Part shown: piece by piece, positions 24,892-35,028 of the stretch
How the letters are laid out: each line of letters opens with the position of its first letter
How positions within the stretch are numbered: the first letter of the stretch is position 1
Origin: Candidatus Latescibacterota bacterium
Lineage (GTDB): Bacteria; Latescibacterota; UBA2968; GCA-2709665
Assembly: GCA_965222075.1 (NCBI GenBank)
Contig: OZ244937.1
Span: forward strand, 2,496,001-2,560,000
DNA length: 64,000 nucleotides
Direction of reading: 5' to 3'
Notes under the pieces: model-generated
Seen by the model: the letters and a program-made list of their open reading frames with translations, nothing else
Database searches by the model: none
What the model was told of the DNA's origin: nothing
Position numbers and translations under genes: made by a program

Positions 24892-26130
24892 CTATGCCCT
24901 TTCACGGACCTCCCACCAGACCATCCCCCACAAAATCCCCGCAAACAGGCATCCGGTGATTGCAGGTGCCAGCGTCGCCTGCGCAGCACCCCAGGTCCGG
25001 ACCGCTGCAATACCCAGCCCCGTGCCCGCCGTCAACAGGGCCAGCAGCGTGAGCATCCCTCTCCCTTCCCGGTTCATGGCCAGCAGCGCCGTATGCGCCA
25101 GCCCGCACAGCGCAAATGGAGGCACCGTCCAGGCCAGCAGCCGGAATGCCTCTGACGAAGGTGCAAACTCGGCCCCGAAAATCCACACCGTAACCGGACG
25201 GGCCGCCACCTGCACAATGCCCACGCCCAGCAGCGTAATCCCCAGCAGCGCCCAAAACGTTCGCAGGAGCGTCCCCTTCAGGTCCGATGCCTCCTGAAAA
25301 CGGTGCGTCAATGCCGGCAGAATCGCCTCTAAGTTGGCGGTGGCCAGCACAACCAGCGCCGAAACAACCCGGTAGCCGATGGCGAACTGTCCCGATTCAG
25401 TGTCGCCCACAGCCAGATAGGTCGTGATGTAGGTGAGATTCAGAAGGTTCCCCAAAAAATAAACCGCTGGCAAATGCCGTAGTCCCAGAAGGACCAGATC
25501 CTTGTTGGCCAAAGGCCGAACAGAGGGACGCAGACCCGGCGCCACGCGGCCGACCAGCAAAAGGCCAGCGCCCAGGTACCCGCCCCGACACAGGAGGTAA
25601 CATGCCCCCACCCCTACCAGGCCCAGCCCGGCGGCCATCGCCCCGACACCGGTCCCAAACAGCAGCCCGTTCAGTCCCCCCACCAGAAGCACACTACAGG
25701 CCGGCCGCTGCAGGCCCTTAAAAATCGCATTGACCGCGTCCCCCAGGCTCATCGCCACGGTGGAGCCCCCCACCAGGAGCACCGCAATTAAAATCTCCGC
25801 AGGCATGTCCGAAGCCCAGGCCACCGCCCCCATCACCACCAGCACAGCAGGCGCCAAAGCCAGCTTGAACCCCACGGCGTCCACAGCCGTGGCCTTCGCC
25901 TCGGGCCCTCCTGAGGCAACGGCCTTGATGACCCGGTTGTTCAGCCCAATATCCAGAACCGGCACGAAAAGGGCCGTCAGCGAGATCACATAAGCATAGT
26001 CGTCCAGCCCCTCCGTCCCCAGCAGGCGAGCCACCCCGACCATCAGCAGCATCGCGCCTATGAGGTGGGCACCCTTTTCAGCCGTCAGGGCAATCGAATG
26101 GACCGACAGTTGTCCCACGACCTCCTCCAA
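24892..26130 (-). CDS. Oligosaccharide flippase (Wzx/MOP family)
   Basis: About 12 TM helices; VARLLGTEGLDDY, LDIGL, GQFAIGYRV. Confidence 0.8.
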   Translation of the reverse strand: MEEVVGQLSVHSIALTAEKGAHLIGAMLLMVGVARLLGTEGLDDYAYVISLTALFVPVLDIGLNNRVIKAVASGGPEAKATAVDAVGFKLALAPAVLVVMGAVAWASDMPAEILIAVLLVGGSTVAMSLGDAVNAIFKGLQRPACSVLLVGGLNGLLFGTGVGAMAAGLGLVGVGACYLLCRGGYLGAGLLLVGRVAPGLRPSVRPLANKDLVLLGLRHLPAVYFLGNLLNLTYITTYLAVGDTESGQFAIGYRVVSALVVLATANLEAILPALTHRFQEASDLKGTLLRTFWALLGITLLGVGIVQVAARPVTVWIFGAEFAPSSEAFRLLAWTVPPFALCGLAHTALLAMNREGRGMLTLLALLTAGTGLGIAAVRTWGAAQATLAPAITGCLFAGILWGMVWWEVRERA

Positions 26131-26216
26131 TCTCGCAACACAAACAAAAAGGAGCAGGTGCCTTCGCCTGCTCCGCCTCTGGCTTCACAGCCCTCTTCCC
26201 CCGGGCCTCGGCCCCT

Positions 26217-26942
26217 TTACCCGCCCCGTCCCCCGCGGTCATTGACGCGTACGATCACGGTGTCCGGACCGCTGGTCAACGCACCTGTGGCGTCCACTAT
26301 GTCATCCCTCACCCGGAGCACAAACACGTAGTCTGCCGGTGCAACCGCCCGAAAAGATGGCGTCTCGCTTTCTCTGGGCTGAATGGTCACCCCGGGTCCT
26401 CTCGCCTGCAGCCAGAGATAGCGCAACTCGTCCCTATCCGGGTCGCTGCTGCCCGATCCGTCCAGCATAACCCGCAGCGTATCGTTATACGCCAGCACCC
26501 GGTCCTCCCCCGCATCGGCCAGCGGAGGCTCCTGCGTGACGGTAATCCGCACAGAAGAGGTCGCGCGTTCCCCAGACTTCCCATCGCTCACCTCCACGGT
26601 AAGATCGTACATCCCCACTTCGCTGGGGGCCTTCCAGACGACCGTAACCGAATCCTGAAACAGGTCCACCAGGGTATCCCGCCCGCTCTTTTTGAACGTG
26701 CCCCCCGAGGCAACCCAGAGAAAATCGAGTTCATCGTTGTCGGGATCTGCCGTCAGGAGGGTCACCTGGATCTGATGCCCCCGACCAACGGATGCAAGCG
26801 AGTCCCTATCGGTGCGGATACCCACAATTTGGGGTTCTTTCTGCCGGTCCAGAAGGCTGCAGCCAGCCAGCCAGACCACGCAGCTCAAAAGCACCATCCA
26901 GCGCACAGGACGCTCACAAAATTTCGCGGTTTTCAAAACCAT
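26217..26942 (-). CDS. Lipoprotein with Ig/PKD-like domains
   Basis: Lipobox LAGC; DPDNDEL and PPLADAGEDR...LDGSGSSDPD repeats. Confidence 0.8.
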   Translation of the reverse strand: MVLKTAKFCERPVRWMVLLSCVVWLAGCSLLDRQKEPQIVGIRTDRDSLASVGRGHQIQVTLLTADPDNDELDFLWVASGGTFKKSGRDTLVDLFQDSVTVVWKAPSEVGMYDLTVEVSDGKSGERATSSVRITVTQEPPLADAGEDRVLAYNDTLRVMLDGSGSSDPDRDELRYLWLQARGPGVTIQPRESETPSFRAVAPADYVFVLRVRDDIVDATGALTSGPDTVIVRVNDRGGRGG

Positions 26943-27128
26943 AAAGGCTATTGACGAAATAGTCCACCCCCGCTATCCCCCCTTCCACACCCCAAAGAAA
27001 TCCCTTGGCCAGATCCTGTAAACGGCTTTTATTCTGACTACTTAACGGCCCATCGGGTTCCACATTCAAACCGTATATTTCCGAATAAAGGCGCTTTATC
27101 AATCCGCATTCCGAAATCCGAAATCCGT

Positions 27129-27767
27129 TCACTCTCCTTCTTGCAGCAACCTCCTCACATCCGGTAAAAGCCTGCCTGCCAACTCGGCATCGGTCCCATC
27201 GTAGTAGGCGCGGACCTGCCCCTTTCGATCGACCAGCGCAAATCGAAGACTGTGCATAATCTGGTCGGTTCCCTCCTCCGGCTCGTCTCCGACCGCCACG
27301 CGGAATCCTTCCCGGATCAGCCTGTACACCGCCGGTTTTTCCCCCGTAATAAAAAGCCACCGGTCCCGGTCCGCCCCGTACCGGAACGCATAGTCGGAAA
27401 GCAACCGGGGGGTATCCCGTTCCGGATCCACCGTAATTGAAACCAGGCGAACGTCGGGCATCTCGCTCAAGGGGTCCTGAAGCGCGCCCATTTGGGCAGA
27501 AAGCAGCGGGCAGGGCCCAGCGCAGTGAGTGAAAATAAAATCGGCAATCCAGACCTTCCCGGCCAGGTCGGCAAGCGCGATCGGTCTGCCGCTGCGTTCC
27601 ACCAGAGAAAATTCCGGAACCTGTCCCAGCACCGGCAGGGCCTGCCCCTTCCGGGCCTGCAGCCCTTTCACCTCACGCCAGAAGAGCAACCCGCCCACCG
27701 TACCCATCAGCAGAACGGCCAGCACGATGCACAAAAAGACGTATCGCATCGGTCTTGGAAAGCTCAT
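27129..27767 (-). CDS. sco: SCO1/SenC copper chaperone
   Basis: FIFTHCAGPCP (CxxxC), SITVDPERDTP, IMHS. Confidence 0.93.
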   Translation of the reverse strand: MSFPRPMRYVFLCIVLAVLLMGTVGGLLFWREVKGLQARKGQALPVLGQVPEFSLVERSGRPIALADLAGKVWIADFIFTHCAGPCPLLSAQMGALQDPLSEMPDVRLVSITVDPERDTPRLLSDYAFRYGADRDRWLFITGEKPAVYRLIREGFRVAVGDEPEEGTDQIMHSLRFALVDRKGQVRAYYDGTDAELAGRLLPDVRRLLQEGE

Positions 27768-28588
27768 CGTCCTCTTCCTCGCTCCCTGCCCACCACAACG
27801 ACCGAAATCCCCAACATCACCAGAGCGAAAAGGGCCGTAATCGTCACACAAATCCCCAGCGGAGGAAGGTCGCCCACCGCAAAGGGAGCCTCCATATAAA
27901 GCACACGCCGCAGACTGGTCATCCCGTAAGTCAGCGGATTAACCCGCATCATCCAGCCCAGCCAGGCAGGCACCCCCCACGGCGGAAAGAATGCCCCCGA
28001 AAGCAGCCACATAGGCAGCAGAAAAAGGTTCATAATGGCATGAAAACCCGCCGTCGACTCCATCCGCCATGCAATCGCAAACCCCAGGCCTGTCAACCCC
28101 AGCGCAATCAGAAAAAGCAGCCCCACGGTCGAAACCAGCGCCTGGGCACTCAACGGAATCCCCAACCGAAACGCAAAAATCAGGAAAAGCAGTCCCTCCA
28201 GTACGGCCATGGTCGTCCCTCCCAGGACCTTGCCCAAAACGAGGCTTGTCCGGGGAATCGGAGCCACTAAGACCGACTGCATAAACCCCTCCCTGCGGTC
28301 CTCCACCACAGAGATCGTCGAAAAAATCGCTGTAAAAAGGAGGATCAACATCAGGGTGCCCGGATAAATATACTCCAGATAGCTCATCCCCTGCGAATAA
28401 CCCGCCGGTAGAAAGGAAGCATCCAGACCCGAACCGACCAGCAGCCAGAAGAGCAAAGGCTGCCCAATCGCCCCGAACAGCCGCTGCCGGTCCCGCACAA
28501 ACCGCACCAGCTCCCGTTTCCAGAGGGTATACACAGGCAAGAAAAAAGCCGATTTTACATTTTGCAATTTTAAATCTTCAATCTTCAA
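27764..28588 (-). CDS. ABC-2 type transporter permease
   Basis: Six TM helices; EDRREGFMQSVLVAP, LSGAFFP, NPLTY. Confidence 0.9.
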   Translation of the reverse strand: MKIEDLKLQNVKSAFFLPVYTLWKRELVRFVRDRQRLFGAIGQPLLFWLLVGSGLDASFLPAGYSQGMSYLEYIYPGTLMLILLFTAIFSTISVVEDRREGFMQSVLVAPIPRTSLVLGKVLGGTTMAVLEGLLFLIFAFRLGIPLSAQALVSTVGLLFLIALGLTGLGFAIAWRMESTAGFHAIMNLFLLPMWLLSGAFFPPWGVPAWLGWMMRVNPLTYGMTSLRRVLYMEAPFAVGDLPPLGICVTITALFALVMLGISVVVVGRERGRGR

Positions 28589-29520
28589 TTTCCTTCTGTC
28601 CGAAACCGGTGTCCGGTCCGCTGAATGAACACATCCTCCAGCGTCGGCCTTCCCAGGGTAATCGAATCAATCCGCTCCCGGAAGGACGAGCAAAGGCGCT
28701 CCATCAGGGCCTGCCCCTCGTCACACTTGATTCTCAGCATGCCGTCTAAAAGCGTGGGCCCCTCTCCAAACTGCGCCGCAATATCGTCCCGCAACCCCGC
28801 AGAATCGTCCGACGCAATCACAATCACATCCTTTCCCACCGCCTGCTTGAGCCCTGCTGGTGTCCCCAGCGCCACCAACCGCCCCCGGTCCAGGATGCCC
28901 ACCCGGTCGCACCGTTCGGCCTCCTCCATAAAATGGGTAGTCAACACCAGCGTCACGCCATCCCTTCTCCTCAGGGCCTCCAGATCGTTCCAGAACGCCC
29001 GCCGCGCCCCCGGATCCAAGCCGGTTGACGGCTCGTCAAAAATCAGCAGCGCCGGCCTGTGCAAAAGCCCTTTGGCCAGGTCCACACGCCGCTTGAGGCC
29101 CCCCGAGAGGACCTCCACCCGGTCCCCAACTCGGTCGAGCAGACGGACCAGGTTGAGTACCTCTTCAATTCGCCGGGCCAACCCCTGCCCCCGCAATCCG
29201 TAGAGGTGTCCCTGGTGGCGCAGGTTTTCGAAAATCGTCAGCTTCGGATCTACACTCGGGCTTTGAAACACAACGCCTATACACAACCGGATCTTCGTCG
29301 CCTCTGCCACAGGGTCCATCCCCAGCACCCGGACCTCCCCAAGGGTGGGAGAAAGCAGCGTACACAAAATGTGAAACAGGGTGGTCTTCCCCCCCCCGTT
29401 GGGGCCCAGCAACCCGAAGATCTCCCCCTCTTCAATCGCCAGGTCAATCCCATCTAAGGCCCGTCGATCTCCATAATCGTGACAGAGCCCCCTAACCTGT
29501 ATGGCAAAGGCACGGTCCAC
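28585..29520 (-). CDS. ABC transporter ATP-binding protein
   Basis: GPNGGGKTT, LSGGLKRR, FDEPSTGLDP, TTH. Confidence 0.95.
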   Translation of the reverse strand: MDRAFAIQVRGLCHDYGDRRALDGIDLAIEEGEIFGLLGPNGGGKTTLFHILCTLLSPTLGEVRVLGMDPVAEATKIRLCIGVVFQSPSVDPKLTIFENLRHQGHLYGLRGQGLARRIEEVLNLVRLLDRVGDRVEVLSGGLKRRVDLAKGLLHRPALLIFDEPSTGLDPGARRAFWNDLEALRRRDGVTLVLTTHFMEEAERCDRVGILDRGRLVALGTPAGLKQAVGKDVIVIASDDSAGLRDDIAAQFGEGPTLLDGMLRIKCDEGQALMERLCSSFRERIDSITLGRPTLEDVFIQRTGHRFRTEGN

Positions 29521-29624
29521 GCAAGCGTCCTTCCATCACAAAGTGAGACAACATAAAGATAAGGTGATAGGGTCCGGGGGCACCTATCACCTCCTGGCGG
29601 ATCGAAAGAACCACTTGAACCATC

Positions 29625-30530
29625 CTACAGTACGATCTTATCCAGAACCATCATCACCCAGAGGGTAGGCAAATAAACCAGTGTGGCTCGCAACAGGCGT
29701 CTGGCATCATGCTCGGTTCGGTACCTGGCAAAAGAAAAACTAAACCGCAGCAGCCCCAGGCCCAGCACAACCGCCGCAATAAAATAAACCGTCCCACTTA
29801 CCCACACCAGGGCGGGCAGCAGACTAAAAGGTAAAAGAACCAGGCTGTAGAGAACGACCTGTTGTGAGATGCGATCCCCCCCGGAGTCCTCCACCGAAAT
29901 CATCCGGTGTCCCCCCCGCACATAGTCCTCCCGATAAATCCAGGCAATGGAGAAAAAATGGGGAAACTGCCAGAGGAACATAATCGCAAACAGCACCCAC
30001 GCCTCGGCCCCGACTTCTCCCCGCGCGGCTGCCCACCCGCCAACCGGCGGCAGCGCCCCTGCAATAGCTCCCACGGCCGTGTTGTGCGCCGTTTTCTGTT
30101 TGAGCGGCGTGTACAGGAAAAGATAGATCCCCGACGTCAACCCCGCCAGAATGCCGGCCAGCCAGTTGACCACCATCCCCAGATAAAGAATCCCCAGCGC
30201 CGAAAGCAACAGCCCAAAAACATAGGCCTCCTCCGGCTGCAGCCGCCCCGCTGGCAACGGCCGGTTCTTCGTTCGTCTCATCCGAGCGTCTAAGTCCCGT
30301 TCGAGAAACTGGTTCAGCACCGCCGCCCCGCCAGCGATCACCAGCGTAGCCAGGACCGTATGCAACAACCGGGCAAGATCAAGTGAACCGGTGGCCCCCA
30401 GGACGAATCCCACCGCCGTGCTCAACGCGACAAACAGGGTAATCCGGGGTTTGGTCAAGGCCATATAGTCCGACACCCGTGTCCAGGTGAGGGACAAATT
30501 CGCTTCCCCGATGTCGGCCTGCGGCTTCAT
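29625..30530 (-). CDS. ctaB: Heme O synthase (protoheme IX farnesyltransferase)
   Basis: LTKPRI, NQFLERDLDARMRRTKNRPLP, WQFPHF. Confidence 0.96.
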   Translation of the reverse strand: MKPQADIGEANLSLTWTRVSDYMALTKPRITLFVALSTAVGFVLGATGSLDLARLLHTVLATLVIAGGAAVLNQFLERDLDARMRRTKNRPLPAGRLQPEEAYVFGLLLSALGILYLGMVVNWLAGILAGLTSGIYLFLYTPLKQKTAHNTAVGAIAGALPPVGGWAAARGEVGAEAWVLFAIMFLWQFPHFFSIAWIYREDYVRGGHRMISVEDSGGDRISQQVVLYSLVLLPFSLLPALVWVSGTVYFIAAVVLGLGLLRFSFSFARYRTEHDARRLLRATLVYLPTLWVMMVLDKIVL

Positions 30531-31573
30531 AAAGCAGGTTCTCCGGAAAGGCGAGACGGAACGTGAACGCCCGCACCTTTGGGTGCGGTCATCCGCCAGC
30601 TTCGCAGGGTCAAAACCAGGCTCAATGCCAGAATAGACGCCCCTACAACCACGTGGAACGTCGTCACGGAAACCCTTTTCTCCGTCCAGATCACCAGCGC
30701 CCCCAAAACAATCTGCAGGCTGACCAGCCCCAGCATCAAAAGCGCGGGACGGACGAGTTCCCCTCGACCCTGGTATAGCCGTAGAATGTGTACCGCCGCC
30801 CACACCACTGCGACCAGCACGACCACGGCCCAGGCTCGATGGGCAAAATGGATGAGCACACGGGTTCGAAACGTCTCGGGAGAAATGGGAAAAGGCACGT
30901 TTGGATCAACCGACAGAGAAGAAAGGGGTGGAACGAGATGACCGAAAGAAAGGGGGAAATCGGGAATGGCCAGCCCCGCTTCCGTATGCCGCATCAGGGC
31001 ACCCAGAACAAGCTGTACGTAGATCACGCCCGTGGTGATCACGGCCAGCCCTTTCAGTGGAATCCCACCCCTTTCGACCAGAAGCATCGAAGGTTGCCGC
31101 CAGCGGGGGGACGTGAACAGGGCAATCCCAACGATAAGACAAAAAAAGGTCTGAGCCAAACACGCATGGGCCACCGAAATCGGGGTCGGCAGGAGGTAAA
31201 GCACCGTGATCCCTCCCAGCACCCCCTGCAGCACAACAGCGACAAAGGCCGCAATGCCCAAGTACCGCAGCCACCGCCGAGGCTCCTGCTTCCAGAGCCA
31301 GATGGCCAGAACCGTCGTCAAAAAACCGACGAAAGTGGCGACCATCCGGTGGCCGTGCTCGTAGAAGATGCCGCCTATCATCGGCGGGAAAATCATCCCG
31401 TAAGACAGCGGCCAGTCCGGCACTGCCAGCCCCGAACCCGTGCTGGTCACCAGCCCCCCCGCAAAAATTAAAAAGAGGGTCGCCCCCGCCGTAAACACCG
31501 CAAACCGGTGCAGCCAGCGATCCCCCCCCGTCATCTCAACCGGGTGTCCCTGCATCCTGCTAACGCTCTGCAT
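30527..31573 (-). CDS. ctaA: Heme A synthase (COX15/CtaA family)
   Basis: SGLAVPDWP, YEHGHR, LQGVLGGITV, HFAHR. Confidence 0.92.
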   Translation of the reverse strand: MQSVSRMQGHPVEMTGGDRWLHRFAVFTAGATLFLIFAGGLVTSTGSGLAVPDWPLSYGMIFPPMIGGIFYEHGHRMVATFVGFLTTVLAIWLWKQEPRRWLRYLGIAAFVAVVLQGVLGGITVLYLLPTPISVAHACLAQTFFCLIVGIALFTSPRWRQPSMLLVERGGIPLKGLAVITTGVIYVQLVLGALMRHTEAGLAIPDFPLSFGHLVPPLSSLSVDPNVPFPISPETFRTRVLIHFAHRAWAVVVLVAVVWAAVHILRLYQGRGELVRPALLMLGLVSLQIVLGALVIWTEKRVSVTTFHVVVGASILALSLVLTLRSWRMTAPKGAGVHVPSRLSGEPAL

Positions 31574-31625
31574 CTGCCACAAGGTGCTTTCCGTTATTTC
31601 GGGGGAACGCAACCTGGAAATGCGC

Positions 31626-31883
31626 TTACAAGGACGCCATCTCCTCTGGGGTAACCCGCTTGAGCAAGCGCGCCCTCCGGATCCAGAACAGCGTCACCCC
31701 CACAATCGCCCCCAACACCGTGACGACAACCCCCAGCAGAATAAGAATACCCGCATTGGCCCCCTTCACCATGTCCGAATTCGGATCGCCAAAACAGACG
31801 GCGCAGGCCAGCAGGGCTTCAGAACCAAACAGAATGACCCCAAAAGCCAGCAGGGCCGAACAGAATCGGAAAACGCCGTTCAC
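31626..31883 (-). CDS. Small membrane protein with CxxC after a signal-like segment
   Basis: GTG start overlapping the upstream stop; ALLA-CAVCFGDPNS followed by a TM helix. Confidence 0.75.
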   Translation of the reverse strand: MNGVFRFCSALLAFGVILFGSEALLACAVCFGDPNSDMVKGANAGILILLGVVVTVLGAIVGVTLFWIRRARLLKRVTPEEMASL

Positions 31884-32086
31884 AGGTAGCTTACCCCTTT
31901 GAGTTTTTTCAAGAACCAGATCCCATACCAGATCAGCACCCCACACCCGACAAACGCCACCAGCCCCATGGTCAGGTTCACCCCATTCCCGGATACAAAA
32001 TAGTCCCGCACCGCCCAGTACCCGAACCCGAGGCAACAGAGGATTGAAACAATAATAAAGAAAACGTGAAACGCTTTTAAAGACAT
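31880..32086 (-). CDS. Small two-TM hypothetical protein of the oxidase cluster
   Basis: MSLKAFHVFFI...; two hydrophobic helices; translationally coupled to the next gene. Confidence 0.75.
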   Translation of the reverse strand: MSLKAFHVFFIIVSILCCLGFGYWAVRDYFVSGNGVNLTMGLVAFVGCGVLIWYGIWFLKKLKGVSYL

Positions 32087-32224
32087 GAGCGTATCCAGGT
32101 GGCTAAGCAGAGTCAAAGGGGAACGCCCCCCAACATCAGTGGAAGGACAAAGGGCCCATCCACCCTTCCTGCGGTGTTCTGGCTTCTATATTCCAGGAGC
32201 GGTGAGGCGGGGGCCTTTCACCTT

Positions 32225-32530
32225 TCACACTCCAAAAATCGACTCCACATCCGTAAACACCGGCAGAAGCATCAGAACGATAAAAAAGAGGACCGTAATC
32301 GCCAGCACCCAGAAAATGATCTGCTTTTCAGACACCAGGTGCATAAAGTAGCCGGCCACCAGCCCACCCTTAATGGTCGCGATAAACAGAGCAATCAGAA
32401 CCGTGATCGCTACTGACTGGATGTGGAGATACGAAACCCCAACGGTCACCACAGTCAGCACGGACAGCGCGGCAAAAACGGTCAGATAGATCCTGACGTG
32501 TTTTCTGATCTCTTCAGCGCTTTCGGCCAT
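32225..32530 (-). CDS. Cytochrome c oxidase subunit IV
   Basis: Three TM helices; IATIKGGLVAGYFMHL. Confidence 0.9.
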   Translation of the reverse strand: MAESAEEIRKHVRIYLTVFAALSVLTVVTVGVSYLHIQSVAITVLIALFIATIKGGLVAGYFMHLVSEKQIIFWVLAITVLFFIVLMLLPVFTDVESIFGV

Positions 32531-32540
32531 TGCAAACTCC

Positions 32541-33146
32541 TTACAGGAGGTAGAGCGTCGGAAACAGGAAGATCCAGACCAGGTCTACAAAGTGCCAGTA
32601 AAGCCCCGCGCACTCGATCCGGTTGGCAAACCGATCGGGTTCCGTCTTCCACATGGCGCTTCCGGGAAACAACAGATAGAGATTCACGATAATTCCGCCC
32701 ACCACGTGCAGCCCGTGGAGGCCGGTCATTGTAAAATAAGTCGCATAAAAGGTGCTGGTTGAAGGATGGATGCCAAGATGGAACTTGTGCGTATACTCGA
32801 AATACTTGACAACCAGGAAGACGAACGCTAAGAGAATGGTCAACCCCAGATAGAGCTGGAACCTGCCGAACTGGTCCATCTTCAGCGACGCCCATGCCAT
32901 GACCATCGTCACACTCGAAGCGATCAGCACAAACGTATTGAGGGTCGCCAGCGGGACGTTCAGCAGTTCCCATCCGTGCGGCCAGGTCTCGGCGCCAACC
33001 CGGAGCAGCACCAGGGTGGAAAAAAGCGCGCCGAACAGCATGACCTCGGAGGCCAGAAAGAGCCAGAGGCCCAGCTTCCCGTTGTAGACTCCGGTTATGG
33101 GATGAGGTTCAACATTGTATGGAATCTCGACAGACACGATTGACAT
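32541..33146 (-). CDS. ctaE: Cytochrome c oxidase subunit III
   Basis: LFLASEVMLF, TGLHGLHV, YWHFVDLVW. Confidence 0.96.
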   Translation of the reverse strand: MSIVSVEIPYNVEPHPITGVYNGKLGLWLFLASEVMLFGALFSTLVLLRVGAETWPHGWELLNVPLATLNTFVLIASSVTMVMAWASLKMDQFGRFQLYLGLTILLAFVFLVVKYFEYTHKFHLGIHPSTSTFYATYFTMTGLHGLHVVGGIIVNLYLLFPGSAMWKTEPDRFANRIECAGLYWHFVDLVWIFLFPTLYLL

Positions 33147-33200
33147 CTCCTTTTTAAGCCCCCCCTCAATTGCGGAATGCGGATTGGGGAAGGGAGGGGT

Positions 33201-35018
33201 TCAGTCATCCGCGGGTATGGGTGCCAACTCGGCGGCAGCCCCTTCCTCCGGCACATATTGCGGCGAGAAATCCGTTGAACTCCCGGACACGCTGTACTCA
33301 TAAGGCCCACGGTAAACTTTTGGTGTTTCAAGAAAGTTCCCGTGCGGCGGCGGTGTGGGCGTCGCCCACTCTAAGGTCGTGGCCTCCCACGGGTTGTCCG
33401 ACGCCACCTGCTCACCCTTCTTCAGGCTCCAGATAAAATTGATGATGAAAAATATCTGCGCCAGCCCCAGCAGCCAGGCCGACCAGGAACTCATCACCGT
33501 GAGCCCCTGAACCTGCTCCCCGTAAGCGTACTGCGTCTGGTCGTAAAGCCGCCTGGAGACCCCGGCCATTCCCACGAAGAGCATTGGAAAGAAGACACCG
33601 TTCATAAAGATCAGGGAAAACCAGAAGTGGAGCTTACCCAGCGTTTTATTCATCATCCGTCCCGTGATTTTCGGGTACCAGTAGTAGATCCCCGCAAACA
33701 GGGCAAAGATCGTGCCTGGCGCCACCACGTAGTGAAAGTGACTGATCACATAGTAGGTATCGTGCAGGTGCAAATCCGATGTGGTCAGCCCCAGGGGCAG
33801 CCCGGTCAGCCCGCCGATGGCAAACATCGGAATAAACGCCAGGGCAAAAAGCATCGGCACCGTAAACCGCATGGACGCCCTATATAAGCTGAGGGCCAGC
33901 GCGGTCAGAATAACCACCGAAGGGATCGAAATAATCATCGTGGTGGCCTGGAAAAAGTTGCTCATCACGGTCCCCATCCCCGTCATAAACATGTGATGAG
34001 CCCACACGACGAAGGACATGAACCCTAAGAAGATCAGCGAATAGACCATCGTCCGGTAGCCCCACAGCGGCCTGCGGGTATTGTTGCAGAGGACCTCGGT
34101 CACAATGCCCATAGCCGGCAGAATCAGCACGTAGACCTCCGGGTGCGCCAAAAACCAGAAGAGGTGCTGCCAGAGCAAAGGGTTGCCCCCGCCGCTCACC
34201 TCCAGCGGCTGACCCGTAATCACCAGCCCGCTGGGCAGAAAGAAACTGGTTCCTGCCAGACGGTCCATCAGCTGAAGCACACCGGCGGCCTCTAAGGGTG
34301 GAAACGCCAGCAGCAGCAGGAAGGCCGTCACAAACTGCGCCCAGACGAAAAACGGCAGCCTGAAAAAGGACAGTCCCTCGACCCTCAACTGGACCGTTGT
34401 CACAATAAAATTGAGGGAACCCAGCAGCGAGGAAGTAATCAGAAAGATCATCCCCCAAAGCCACATGGTCTGCCCCATCGGCGCAATATTGGCAAGCGGA
34501 GTGTACGACGTCCACCCCGACTGGGCCGCTCCTTCGGGCACGAAAAAGCTGACGATCATCACGATCCCACCCGCCACAAAGGCCCAGTAGCTCGCCATAT
34601 TGATCTTGGGAAACGCCATATCCGGAGCGCCGATCTGAAGCGGCAGCACGTAGTTTCCAAATCCGCCCACCGCCAGGGGAACGACCCCCATAAAGACCAT
34701 AATGGTCCCGTGCATCGCCCCAAGCTGGTTGTAGAACTCCGGCAACATCTTCCCTTCCGGCATGGTGGATTCACTGAAAAGCGCGCCGATCAACGGCAGC
34801 GCCTGGCCCGGATAGGCGAGCTGCCACCGCATCATCATCATCAGGCAGAACCCGAAAAAGAGAAAGACCAGCGCGGTGAGGGCATACTGGATGCCGATCA
34901 CCTTGTGATCGGTGGAAAAAAAGTACTTCTGCCAGAATCCCAGTTCCTCGTGAGCGTGCTCCCCGCCGTGGGCGTGCGCCTCGTCCGTCTGTTTTTCCCG
35001 CTCAACGTGTTCACTCAT
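33201..35018 (-). CDS. ctaD: Cytochrome c oxidase subunit I (A1 type)
   Basis: TDHKVIG, MHG, PDMAFP, WFLAHPEVY, WAHHM, HDTYYVISHFHY. Confidence 0.98.
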   Translation of the reverse strand: MSEHVEREKQTDEAHAHGGEHAHEELGFWQKYFFSTDHKVIGIQYALTALVFLFFGFCLMMMMRWQLAYPGQALPLIGALFSESTMPEGKMLPEFYNQLGAMHGTIMVFMGVVPLAVGGFGNYVLPLQIGAPDMAFPKINMASYWAFVAGGIVMIVSFFVPEGAAQSGWTSYTPLANIAPMGQTMWLWGMIFLITSSLLGSLNFIVTTVQLRVEGLSFFRLPFFVWAQFVTAFLLLLAFPPLEAAGVLQLMDRLAGTSFFLPSGLVITGQPLEVSGGGNPLLWQHLFWFLAHPEVYVLILPAMGIVTEVLCNNTRRPLWGYRTMVYSLIFLGFMSFVVWAHHMFMTGMGTVMSNFFQATTMIISIPSVVILTALALSLYRASMRFTVPMLFALAFIPMFAIGGLTGLPLGLTTSDLHLHDTYYVISHFHYVVAPGTIFALFAGIYYWYPKITGRMMNKTLGKLHFWFSLIFMNGVFFPMLFVGMAGVSRRLYDQTQYAYGEQVQGLTVMSSWSAWLLGLAQIFFIINFIWSLKKGEQVASDNPWEATTLEWATPTPPPHGNFLETPKVYRGPYEYSVSGSSTDFSPQYVPEEGAAAELAPIPADD

Positions 35019-35028
35019 AGGAAACTCC

